Below are positions 1-8,698 of a stretch of 64,000 nt of DNA, piece after piece. The stretch is from NCBI GenBank assembly GCA_963828735.1, contig CAWHFW010000005.1, positions 2,208,001 through 2,272,000 of the forward strand, given 5' to 3'. A model generated the notes under the pieces. That model saw nothing but the letters and a program-made list of their open reading frames with translations. It made no database searches and was not told where the DNA came from. Positions within the stretch are counted from its first letter, which is position 1. The number at the start of each line of letters is the position of its first letter. Source of the DNA: an uncultured Gemmatimonadales bacterium. Lineage in GTDB: Bacteria; Gemmatimonadota; Gemmatimonadetes; Gemmatimonadales; GWC2-71-9. A program made the translations under genes and the position numbers.

Positions 1-171
1 ACCAGCGACACCATGGGCGTCTCCTGCGACCCGATGTTCGCCAGGCGGGGTGCAGGCTCTCGAGTCCGGGAGGTTCCCCTGACGCTGGGCCTCGGACACG
101 GGACCTTCTTCCAGCCCCGTTCCGCCTGGCTCACCCCCGCGATCGCCTGGGCGCAGGGACGGGAGCCCTGA
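1..171 (+). CDS. 3' end of a gene running in from the left edge (possibly alpha/beta-hydrolase-like)
   Basis: Frame 1 is open from base 1 to TGA 169-171 (...VPLTLGLGHGTFFQPRSAWLTPAIAWAQGREP*) with GC3-rich codons. Confidence 0.5.
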   Translation, partial: TSDTMGVSCDPMFARRGAGSRVREVPLTLGLGHGTFFQPRSAWLTPAIAWAQGREP

Positions 172-244
172 ACGTGGGGAGCCGTGACACGCATGAAGAG
201 CCACTCGTTCCCCCGCACTACACCGCCGATGAGCAGAGGAGACG

Positions 245-1756
245 ATGTCAGCACGTCGGATGGAATCCGTGAACATCGGCCCCGACGACCCGCGATATCG
301 CGCAGTAGTTGAGAAGCGCTTCAACAAGCGGTTCCGTGCGAGCCCCGACTACGTCCGCCTGGCGGGTACGACCGCCGAGGTCGTGTCGGCGGTCGAGGAC
401 GCGGTGCGGGAAGGCCGGCGGCTCGCCGTGACCAGCGGCGGGCACTGCCTCGAGGGGTTCGTGTCGGATCCCGATGTACGGGTGATCGTGGACGTGTCGC
501 CCATGAAGCGCGTGGACTACGACGCGGATCGGCACGCCGTAGTCGTCGAGGCTGGCGCCACGGTTGGCGAGACCTTCCGTGCACTGTTCGAGCGCTGGGG
601 CATCGTTCTCCCGCTGGGCGAGCATCCGGCGATCGGCATGGGCGGACACGTGGTCGGCGGCGCGTTCGGCTTCCTCTGCCGCCAACTGGGCCTCGCCGCG
701 GACTACCTGTACGCGGTCGAGGTGGTCACCGTGGACCAGCATGGCCGCGCGAGCAGCGTGGTCGCGACCCGGGAGCCGTCCGATCCGAATCTCGATCTCT
801 GGTGGGCCCACACCGGCGGTGGGGGCGGCAACTTCGGCGTGGTCACGCGGTACTGGTTCCGACCACCCCACGCATCCGGGGAGGACCCCGCCGCTCTGCT
901 GCCCTCGGCCCCCGAGTCCATCACCACGTTCAAGGCGGAATGGGACTGGAGCCACATCGGCCAGTCATCATTTCTCCAGCTGCTCCGGAAACACGGAATC
1001 TGGAGCGAGCGGAACAGCGGCGCTGACTCTCCGAACGCATCGCTCTGGACCCTCCTCGAGATCCATCGCAAGCAGTTCGGCAAGATCATCGTGCGTGGCG
1101 TGAGCACGGCCGGGGCCGGCGCCGAGCGGCAGGTGAACGACCACCTGGCAGCGCTGAGTGAAGGCATCGAGTCGCCAAAGGGCAGAGAGCTTGCACGGAT
1201 GTCCTGGCTCGGGTTCGCCCTGAACCCGTTGCCTGATCTGTTCGCCGCCCCGCCGGGCGGGGTAAGCGCGAAGGTGAAGGATGCGCTGCTCAAGCGGCGG
1301 TTCACCGATCGCCAGGCGGCCGTGGCGTATGAGTGGCTCACCAGCGCCGACCATGACGTCATGGGTGGGATGCTCGGTCTCGCGACCTACGGCGGCCGGA
1401 TCAACACGGTCGCGCCCGAGGCCACCGCCTCCGCGCAGCGCGGCGCGATCCTCGACATGGCCTGTACGACCGGCTGGCTGGATCCGGGCGACGAGGCGAG
1501 GAACCTGGCGTGGGTCCGGGGGTTCTATCGGGAGCTGTTCGCGGAGACCGGCGGCGTGCCGGTTCCGGGTGACGCGTACGAGGGCGCGTTCATCAATCAT
1601 CCCGACACCGACCTCGCGGACCCGGCGCTGAATACCTCGGGGGTGCCCTGGCACACCTTGTACTACGGGGAGAACTACCCGCGCCTGCAGCGGGTCAAGG
1701 CGCGCTGGGATCCGCGCGATGTGTTCCGGCACCCACTGTCGATTCGGCCGGGATGA
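245..1756 (+). CDS. FAD-linked oxidoreductase, berberine-bridge-enzyme (AknOx/TamL-like) family
   Basis: SGGHCLEGFV FAD-His motif; GGGGGNFGVVT; C-terminal BBE motif YYGENYPRLQRVKARWDPRDVF; AGGAG upstream. Confidence 0.9.
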   Translation: MSARRMESVNIGPDDPRYRAVVEKRFNKRFRASPDYVRLAGTTAEVVSAVEDAVREGRRLAVTSGGHCLEGFVSDPDVRVIVDVSPMKRVDYDADRHAVVVEAGATVGETFRALFERWGIVLPLGEHPAIGMGGHVVGGAFGFLCRQLGLAADYLYAVEVVTVDQHGRASSVVATREPSDPNLDLWWAHTGGGGGNFGVVTRYWFRPPHASGEDPAALLPSAPESITTFKAEWDWSHIGQSSFLQLLRKHGIWSERNSGADSPNASLWTLLEIHRKQFGKIIVRGVSTAGAGAERQVNDHLAALSEGIESPKGRELARMSWLGFALNPLPDLFAAPPGGVSAKVKDALLKRRFTDRQAAVAYEWLTSADHDVMGGMLGLATYGGRINTVAPEATASAQRGAILDMACTTGWLDPGDEARNLAWVRGFYRELFAETGGVPVPGDAYEGAFINHPDTDLADPALNTSGVPWHTLYYGENYPRLQRVKARWDPRDVFRHPLSIRPG

Positions 1757-2916
1757 AGCCGGACACGATCGTCGTCGGCGGAGGGCCGGCCGGTCTCGCC
1801 GTTGGAGCCAGCCTCGAGCGGCGTGGCGTCGGGTGTCTGATCCTCGAGGCGGGCCACGCGGTAGGCGAGTCCTGGCGCCGGCACTACGATCGGCTCCATC
1901 TGCACACCGACAAGGCGCATTCCGCGCTTCCCTTCGTCCCCTTCCCCCCGGATGTCCCGCGCTATCCGTCCCGCTTGCAGGTGATCGACTACCTGGAGGC
2001 GTATGCCCGCGCGTTTCGGTTGGAGATCCGGTTCGGCCAAGGCGTGACTCAGGCGCGTCGCACCAACGGCGGCTGGGAAGTGCGGACGCAAGACGCGCTG
2101 TACCGGGCATCGGAACTGGTGGTCGCCGCCGGGTACAACCGCGAGCCGTTCCTGCCGGCGTGGCCCGGGCAGAGCTCCTTCCGCGGCACCCTGCTGCACA
2201 GCTCCCAGTATCGAGACGGCGAGCCGTTCAGGGATCGAGACGTGCTCGTCGTCGGGTTCGGCAACTCGGGCGGAGAGATCGCGATCGACCTGTGGGAGCA
2301 TGGCGCTCGCGTGAGCCTCGCCGTGCGGGGGCCCGTGAACGTCATCCCGCGCGAGCTGTTCGGCATTCCGATCCTCACGTTCGGCAGACTGCAGCGCCGG
2401 CTCCCGCCGCGCCTGGCGGACGCGCTGAGCGCCCCGCTCCTGCGGGCCGTCATCGGCGACCTCGCGCCATACGGGCTCAGGATGTCGCCGCGCGGGGCCA
2501 TGACCCGGATCCGCCGCGATGCGCGCATTCCGCTGATCGACGTTGGCACGATCGCGCTCATCAAGCGCCGCGAGGTCGCTGTGCGTCCGGGGATCGACGC
2601 GTTCACCGAGGATAGCGTCGTCTTCACCGACGGCAGCCGCCGGCGATTGGACGCGGTCATCCTGGCCACCGGCTATCGCCCGAGGGTGAACGCGTTCCTC
2701 GAGGACGCCTCGGCGGCGCTCGACGCCGACGGCAGGCCTTTGACCAGCGGGGGTGAGGCCCCGATCGCGGGGCTCTATTTCTGCGGCTACCGGGTCTCGC
2801 CGAGGGGAATGCTGCGCGAGATCGGCGACGAGGCGGCGCGCATCGGCGCGGCGATCGCGCACAGCCACGCGGGGACGTTGCGCGCGAAGCACGGCCGCCG
2901 AGCCGAAGGGACGTGA
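1753..2916 (+). CDS. Flavin-containing monooxygenase (YUCCA-like class B FMO)
   Basis: GGGPAG FAD motif, FRGTLLHSSQY FMO motif, VVGFGNSG NADPH motif, DAVILATGY; ATGA overlap with the upstream gene. Confidence 0.9.
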   Translation: MKPDTIVVGGGPAGLAVGASLERRGVGCLILEAGHAVGESWRRHYDRLHLHTDKAHSALPFVPFPPDVPRYPSRLQVIDYLEAYARAFRLEIRFGQGVTQARRTNGGWEVRTQDALYRASELVVAAGYNREPFLPAWPGQSSFRGTLLHSSQYRDGEPFRDRDVLVVGFGNSGGEIAIDLWEHGARVSLAVRGPVNVIPRELFGIPILTFGRLQRRLPPRLADALSAPLLRAVIGDLAPYGLRMSPRGAMTRIRRDARIPLIDVGTIALIKRREVAVRPGIDAFTEDSVVFTDGSRRRLDAVILATGYRPRVNAFLEDASAALDADGRPLTSGGEAPIAGLYFCGYRVSPRGMLREIGDEAARIGAAIAHSHAGTLRAKHGRRAEGT

Positions 2917-3090
2917 GCGGACGGCTCCGGCACGGCTGTCGGATGGCGATGGCGCGAGCGAAGGTGCAAGTTTGTCGCGAGCGCTTGACAGGTCGATGCG
3001 GTCGGCGTGCTGCTCGCGGCGGTCCATGAGAGCACGGCCGTATTGCCGGTGGGAGCAGCCCCGGCAGCCTGAGCGCGCGAGGATCGTCGC

Positions 3091-3474
3091 ATGCTCGAGG
3101 AGTGGACTGAGCCGCCTCCGATGAGCGCCGTGGCCCCGGCGCCGGCCGTCCTGTCCTCGGATGGTACCCTGTGGCTGGCCTATCGGATCGCTCGCGATCC
3201 GCACCATTGTGCCGTGATCCGGTTTCACCACGTGCAGCAGTACGTGTGGGGGCCGCCGCCCGCTGTGTACGGCCTGGACAGCCTGGGCGATCTCTCGCAG
3301 GGCAGCTTCTATGAGGTTCCGGTCACGAGCGAGGAGAGCGGTGGGACCGGACGCCGCTGGCTCATCACCTTTCCCGATGCGATACTCGAGGTACGGGCCG
3401 CCGACGCTGGGGTGGTGCTCAGGGCAGCCGCGGCGCTCGGCCCGGCGCATGCCCTGGCGGCGTTGCTGGCCTAG
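3091..3474 (+). CDS. Hypothetical protein
   Basis: 127-aa ORF with coding-like codon use, filling the gap between genes. Confidence 0.65.
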   Translation: MLEEWTEPPPMSAVAPAPAVLSSDGTLWLAYRIARDPHHCAVIRFHHVQQYVWGPPPAVYGLDSLGDLSQGSFYEVPVTSEESGGTGRRWLITFPDAILEVRAADAGVVLRAAAALGPAHALAALLA

Positions 3475-3491
3475 GTTGCCGAGGAGGAGCT

Positions 3492-3914
3492 ATGGTGAAC
3501 GGCAAGACACCCCTCTATCTCACGGTTGTCGCGGCTCTGTTCTTGGCCGCGGCCGTTTTCTTCCTCCAACCGTATACGGCCGATTTTCCCGGCACCGCCT
3601 ACGCCAAGGCGGCCAGGAGCTACCTGCATGCCGCGATTCGTCGCGACTCCCTTGCCCTGGACCGTACTTCGGCATCGGCGGTCGCGGTGGCTTGGGCGCT
3701 GGCGGTCGGCCGGCGGCATCCGGATTCGCTGGCCGCGTGGTCGGGGCGTACCCAGACCTACATCACCGCGCAGCGGGGCGATACGGCGGACGTGCTGGTG
3801 TATCCCGAGCACGACCCGTGCAGCGAAGTCCCGATCGTGCTGAGCCTGGTCGGGACCGGACCACGGGCTCGGGTCGTGCGGGCAAGCTCTGCCTGCCTGA
3901 ATGCCGTTCGCTAG
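3492..3914 (+). CDS. Hypothetical membrane-anchored/exported protein
   Basis: Strong SD GAGGAGGAG; N-terminal hydrophobic helix. Confidence 0.7.
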   Translation: MVNGKTPLYLTVVAALFLAAAVFFLQPYTADFPGTAYAKAARSYLHAAIRRDSLALDRTSASAVAVAWALAVGRRHPDSLAAWSGRTQTYITAQRGDTADVLVYPEHDPCSEVPIVLSLVGTGPRARVVRASSACLNAVR

Positions 3915-3993
3915 GATCGCGAGCTCACGAACGCGTTGGTGGCCTTCGAGAATTCTCGGGTGACGAACGCCTATCGCGATCCAGGGAGAAAAC

Positions 3994-4227
3994 ATGCCTG
4001 ACGTGTCCCACCCGTTGCGGCGCTCCAGGACCAATCGCCAGATCGCCGGCGTCGTCGGTGGCCTGGCCGAATACTTCCACATGGATGCGACCTTGTTACG
4101 GGTCATCTATGTGGTCGGCTCCATCGTGTCCGCGGCGTTTCCAGGGGTGCTCGTGTACGTTCTGCTCTGGCTGGTGATTCCCGAGGGCGACGACGGGCCG
4201 AGTGCTTCGTCGCCCACCACGCAGTAG
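3994..4227 (+). CDS. pspC: PspC domain protein
   Basis: LRRSRTNRQIAGVVGGLAEYFHMDATLLRV...YVLLWLVIPE. Confidence 0.9.
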   Translation: MPDVSHPLRRSRTNRQIAGVVGGLAEYFHMDATLLRVIYVVGSIVSAAFPGVLVYVLLWLVIPEGDDGPSASSPTTQ

Positions 4228-4240
4228 CCGCAGGGCGTTC

Positions 4241-5107
4241 ATGCGACGCGATCTGCTGAGCTACGTTGGCCTCACCTACCTCATCACGTGGCTCTTCACG
4301 ATCCCGTTTGTCATCCTGTGGCGGACCTCGCTCCATCAGACCTTCTCCTGGTGGCTCGTGGTCTTCCTCCCTGGCGCCTACGGACCGAGCATCGCCGCGT
4401 TGATCCTCGCATGGCGCCGTGGCGGACGCCCCGCCGTGGCCGACCTCCTGCACTCTCTGTTGCGTTGGCGTTTGCCGATCTGGCTCTACGCCGCGGTTCT
4501 GCTCACGCCGCCTGCCATGACCACGCTGGCCACGCTCCTCTCGGGTTACCACCCGATCTGGGGACCGGTCGCGCTCGGCCCCGGTCTCAGCGCGATACCA
4601 GCGGCCTACGCGCTCGCGCTGCCGTTCGGCCCTCTTCCGGAAGAGCTCGGATGGCGCGGCTACGCCCTCCCTCGGCTGCTTCGGGAGCATGGTGTGTTCA
4701 CCGCGAGCGCCATGCTGGGTGTCGTCTGGACCTTCTGGCACACCCCCATGTTCTGGTTCCCGGGGGTCGCGATCCCGTCGGCCTTCGCCCTGAGCTTCGG
4801 CTCGGTGCTGCTCTACCTCGTGCAAATGATCGCCGAGGCCTGCCTCTTCACGGTTACCTACCTCGTGAGCGGGGGCAGCGTACTGCTCGCGGTCCTCCAG
4901 CACCTCGCCTTCAATACCTCGGAGAACATCCTGTTCGGGTTCATACCCGAGCCCGGCGCAGCGGACAAGCGGCAGATCTATGTGCTCAACACCGTCGTGA
5001 TGTGGCTGGTTGCGCTCATCGCGCTGCGCTGGTGGGCCTGGCGCTCACGACGCGCGGCGAGTCTGGGTGCGCTCCCCGACACTGGATTGCATGAGACCGA
5101 GGCATGA
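4241..5107 (+). CDS. CPBP (CAAX protease/Abi) family intramembrane metalloprotease
   Basis: EELGWRGY, WTFWH and later HxxxN motifs; multiple TM helices; ATG at 4241. Confidence 0.9.
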   Translation: MRRDLLSYVGLTYLITWLFTIPFVILWRTSLHQTFSWWLVVFLPGAYGPSIAALILAWRRGGRPAVADLLHSLLRWRLPIWLYAAVLLTPPAMTTLATLLSGYHPIWGPVALGPGLSAIPAAYALALPFGPLPEELGWRGYALPRLLREHGVFTASAMLGVVWTFWHTPMFWFPGVAIPSAFALSFGSVLLYLVQMIAEACLFTVTYLVSGGSVLLAVLQHLAFNTSENILFGFIPEPGAADKRQIYVLNTVVMWLVALIALRWWAWRSRRAASLGALPDTGLHETEA

Positions 5108-5574
5108 ACTCGACCGTCGCGGACCTCCTCATGGAGCTCCAGGACATTGTCGCCAGCACCAGCCCGCGCAAGGCAGCAGCCCAGCGCGCAGCCGCGGCGA
5201 TCGCACGTGTCGGCCGATACCGCTGGGTCGGCCTGTACGATGTCGGGGCCACGGAGATCGGCGTGATCGGCTGGGCCGGGCCGAGCGCCCCGACCTACCC
5301 GACCTTTCCACGAACCCAGGGGCAGAACGGAGCCGCCGTGGCCTCCGGCGAGCCTGTCATCGTCCAGGACGTGAGTCGGGACTCTCGCTACCTGAGCACG
5401 CTGGGCTCGACCCGCGCGGAGATGATCATGCCCGTCCTCGCCGGATCTGAGCGTGCCGTGGTGGGCACGATCGACGTGGAGAGTGATCGCCTGGCGCCGT
5501 TCAGCGATCACGATCGCGAGCTTCTGAGCGGGTGCGCGACAGTATTGGCCGGCCTCTGGCGCGACGCGGTCTAG
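5104..5574 (+). CDS. GAF domain protein (MsrC/YebR-like)
   Basis: WVGLY, VQDVSRDSRYL, TRAEMIMPV, GTIDVESD...FSDHD. Confidence 0.85.
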   Translation: MNSTVADLLMELQDIVASTSPRKAAAQRAAAAIARVGRYRWVGLYDVGATEIGVIGWAGPSAPTYPTFPRTQGQNGAAVASGEPVIVQDVSRDSRYLSTLGSTRAEMIMPVLAGSERAVVGTIDVESDRLAPFSDHDRELLSGCATVLAGLWRDAV

Positions 5575-5656
5575 CCGACGTCATGCGGCCGACACGCCGG
5601 CGGAGCCACGCTCGCCGCGGTGGTGCCGGAGAGGCCGTCTCTTTCGCGGAGCCTCG

Positions 5657-8611
5657 GTGCTCGGAACCCTCCTTCTCATCGGTCTGACGGCGACGCCGAC
5701 AGGCGCGCCGGCCGACACCGCCGGCGACGGCGCCCGCCGGCTCGTGCGCGAGGCGCGCATCGCCGTCGAGGGAGACAGCGCGCCGGCCGTCATGGCCCGA
5801 TGGTCGGCGCGACTCGCTCCCGACTCCACCGACCGCGCGGCCCTCCTCGTCCTCGCCACCGCGGCCCGCCTGTCCTACGACGATCCGACGGCGACGCGCC
5901 TGTACCGGCGCCTGCTCCCGCCCCCACGGAGCAGCGCCGACGCATACACGGACTATGCCCGCCTTGGCCTCGCCCGGCTCGCCTTTGACCGCACGGACAT
6001 GCCGGAGTCCGACTCCCTCGCGCGCGCGGCGCTCACCGGTGCGCGCGCGCGTCACGACCGCATCGCCGAAGGCGAGGCGCTCCTCGCCGTGGCCGACGCG
6101 AGGATGGACGAGGACGCGCCGGTGGGCATGGCCTATCTCGACAGCGCGCGCCGGGCGCCGCCAGGCACCGCGACGGAGCTGCTCGCGGAGGTGGGCTGCC
6201 GGCGTGTCCGCCTCGCCTTTCGGAGCGGGGCGACGCTTCGCCCAAGCGAGTTCGCGGCGGCGCTGGGGTACGCGCGGCGGGCCGGGGCACGCCGAGCGGA
6301 GTCGCAGTGCCTGCGTACCGCCGCGATCGACTTCTGGACCCGGGGCCTCGAGGATTCGGCGGTCGTGCTCTTGCGGCAGTCGGCCGAGCTCCAGCGCGCG
6401 GTCCGCGACCGGCGCTCGCTCGCGTTCACCCTGACGACGCTGGCGGACCTCTACCGCGACCGCGGCGCCTACGGCGAGTCGAGGGCCGCAGCGAACGAGT
6501 CGCTCGCGCAGGCCAGCGCGTCGCACTACGTGTCCGGCGAGGCCCTGGCGACCCAGATGCTGGGCACGCTCGCCTACTCCCTCCGCGACATCCCCACCGC
6601 CGCGCGCCAGCTCGATCGGGCGTACGCGCTGTACGGTACGCTCAACGATTCGGCCGATCAGATGAACGTACGGTCCTGGCAGGCGAACATCGCGCGCGAC
6701 GAGGGCGATCTGGCGGGCGCGCGCCGGCTGACGCGCGAGGTGATCGCCGAGGCCCGTCGCGAGGACGCCGTACCGTGGACGGTCGATCTGTTCCAGGCGC
6801 TCGCCGACATCGAGATCCTCGCCGGCGACTGGCCGGCCGCCGCCGCCGCGCTCGACACCGCCGAGCAGGTCCTCCGCGCCCATGGCACCGAGACGTGGTC
6901 CGGCAAGCTGGTCTACCAGCGCGGCCGTCTCGCCCTGCGGCGCGGCGACCTCGACAGCGCCGAGACCATCTTCCGGCGCTACCTCCGCCGCTTGGGACCG
7001 GAAGACCGGCTGCGGCAGCATGAGACCCGCGCCTACCTCGCCGAGATCCTGGCCCGTCGTGGCCACCTGGCAGCCGCCGAGCAGGAGCTGACCGCCGCGA
7101 GCGACGCCCTGGACGCATGGCGCGCGACGCTCGATGACCAGGAGCTCCGGCGCTTCGCCTTCCAGGCGACCGCGACCGACGAGAGTGACCGGAATGCGAG
7201 CGTCCCCCGCGTCCTCGCGGCACTCGCCGCGGGGGGGCGGACCGAGGCGGCGTTCGCGCTGGCCGAACGGCGCCGGGCGCGCGAGCTCGGCGACCGGCTG
7301 CTCGCGGCGTCGGCGCTCGACGCTCGTTCGCCGGAAGGCCCGAGCGACGCATCGAGCGCGGGTGCGGTGACCGGCTCTGTCACCCGCGCGACCACTGCCG
7401 CCGGCATCGCGGGACTCCTGCCCGACGACGGGACAGTGCTGGTCGAGTATGTCACCGGTGCCCTCGGCGCGCCCACGACCGCCTTCGTCATCACCCGTCG
7501 CGGCGGGCCGCCGCGCGCGTACATCCTCCCGCCGGCCGATTCGCTCGCCGGGCCGATCGGGCGCTTCGTCGCGCTGGTCGCGAAGGGCGAGGTCGCGACG
7601 CGGGACGCGCGAGCCCTCGGGGGCGTCCTCGTCGACCCGGTCCTCGCCGGGCTTGGGCCCGAGGTCGTCCGGCTGGTAATCGTCCCGGACGGGCCGCTGC
7701 ATCGCGTGCCGTGGGACGCGCTCCGGCTCGCGGACGGGCGCTGGCTCGTGGAGCGCTACGCGGTGGGCCTCGCCCCGTCGGCGGGCGCGCTCGCCGTGCT
7801 CTGGCAACGTTCGCGTACGGCAACGCCGGCCGACTCGCTCCGCCTGCTCGCCATGGGCGATCCCGACTTCGGCCGCCTCGCCAGCCGGGACACCGAGCTC
7901 TTCGCCGCCGCCGGTGGGCTGCCGCCGCTCCCGGCCTCGGGCGCCGAGGCGCGGCTCGTCGCCCGCTACGCGCCGCATGCCGAGCTGCGCCTCGGCGCCG
8001 ACGCCAGCGCCGCCTGGCTGCGCCATGCCTCGCTAGTCAAGTTCCGGGTGCTTCACCTCGCCACCCACGCCCTGGTGGACGACCGTGCGCTTGGCCGTAC
8101 AGCACTCGCCCTCGCGCCCGGCGACACGACCACCTCCGACACGGGCTCGGGCCTCGTGACCCCCGGCGACCTGGCGCGGCTGCAACTCGACGCCGACCTC
8201 GTCGTGCTCTCGGCGTGTCGCACCGCTGGGGGCGTCGTGGTGGATGGGGAGGGGATTCAGGGCCTCACCGGTCCGCTGCTCGAGGCAGGAGCCCGCAGCG
8301 TGGTCGCCACGAGCTGGCGCGTGGGGGACCGGAGCACGGCGCGCTTCGTGGAGGGGCTCTACACGGCGCTGGCGGACCGCCGGCCGGTCATCGACGCCCT
8401 GCGCGCGGCCAAGCTGGGGGCGGTGCGGGATGGCACGCCGCCAAGCGTCTGGGCGGCGTTCGAGATGGTAGGCGATCCGGCGACCCTCGTGCCGCTCACG
8501 CCGCCGCGTCCGAGGACGGCGTGGTGGGCGGGTGGCGGGGGCCTGCTCGTACTCGCGATCGCCGCCGCGCTCCGTCGGTGGCGCTCGCGCCCGATCAGCA
8601 GTCGGTCGTGA
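5657..8611 (+). CDS. CHAT domain / TPR-like repeat protein with signal peptide and C-terminal TM helix
   Basis: LVIVPDGPLHRVPW, LHLATHA, LVVLSACRT, AGARSVVATSWRVGD, WAAF motifs. Confidence 0.9.
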   Translation: MLGTLLLIGLTATPTGAPADTAGDGARRLVREARIAVEGDSAPAVMARWSARLAPDSTDRAALLVLATAARLSYDDPTATRLYRRLLPPPRSSADAYTDYARLGLARLAFDRTDMPESDSLARAALTGARARHDRIAEGEALLAVADARMDEDAPVGMAYLDSARRAPPGTATELLAEVGCRRVRLAFRSGATLRPSEFAAALGYARRAGARRAESQCLRTAAIDFWTRGLEDSAVVLLRQSAELQRAVRDRRSLAFTLTTLADLYRDRGAYGESRAAANESLAQASASHYVSGEALATQMLGTLAYSLRDIPTAARQLDRAYALYGTLNDSADQMNVRSWQANIARDEGDLAGARRLTREVIAEARREDAVPWTVDLFQALADIEILAGDWPAAAAALDTAEQVLRAHGTETWSGKLVYQRGRLALRRGDLDSAETIFRRYLRRLGPEDRLRQHETRAYLAEILARRGHLAAAEQELTAASDALDAWRATLDDQELRRFAFQATATDESDRNASVPRVLAALAAGGRTEAAFALAERRRARELGDRLLAASALDARSPEGPSDASSAGAVTGSVTRATTAAGIAGLLPDDGTVLVEYVTGALGAPTTAFVITRRGGPPRAYILPPADSLAGPIGRFVALVAKGEVATRDARALGGVLVDPVLAGLGPEVVRLVIVPDGPLHRVPWDALRLADGRWLVERYAVGLAPSAGALAVLWQRSRTATPADSLRLLAMGDPDFGRLASRDTELFAAAGGLPPLPASGAEARLVARYAPHAELRLGADASAAWLRHASLVKFRVLHLATHALVDDRALGRTALALAPGDTTTSDTGSGLVTPGDLARLQLDADLVVLSACRTAGGVVVDGEGIQGLTGPLLEAGARSVVATSWRVGDRSTARFVEGLYTALADRRPVIDALRAAKLGAVRDGTPPSVWAAFEMVGDPATLVPLTPPRPRTAWWAGGGGLLVLAIAAALRRWRSRPISSRS

Positions 8612-8698
8612 GCCTCGATATCTTGCTGAGCCCGGCGATCCTCGCCGAGCTGGCACCGCTCGTGCATTGAGGGGTTCGCCCTGTCCAGTCGAGGCTCT

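Noticed and set aside
5501..8026. Long antisense ORFs (e.g. 5501-8026, 23399-25543, 38979-41438, 61726-63582)
   Set aside because: Arg/Gly/Ala-rich shadow frames opposite well-supported genes; expected in high-GC DNA
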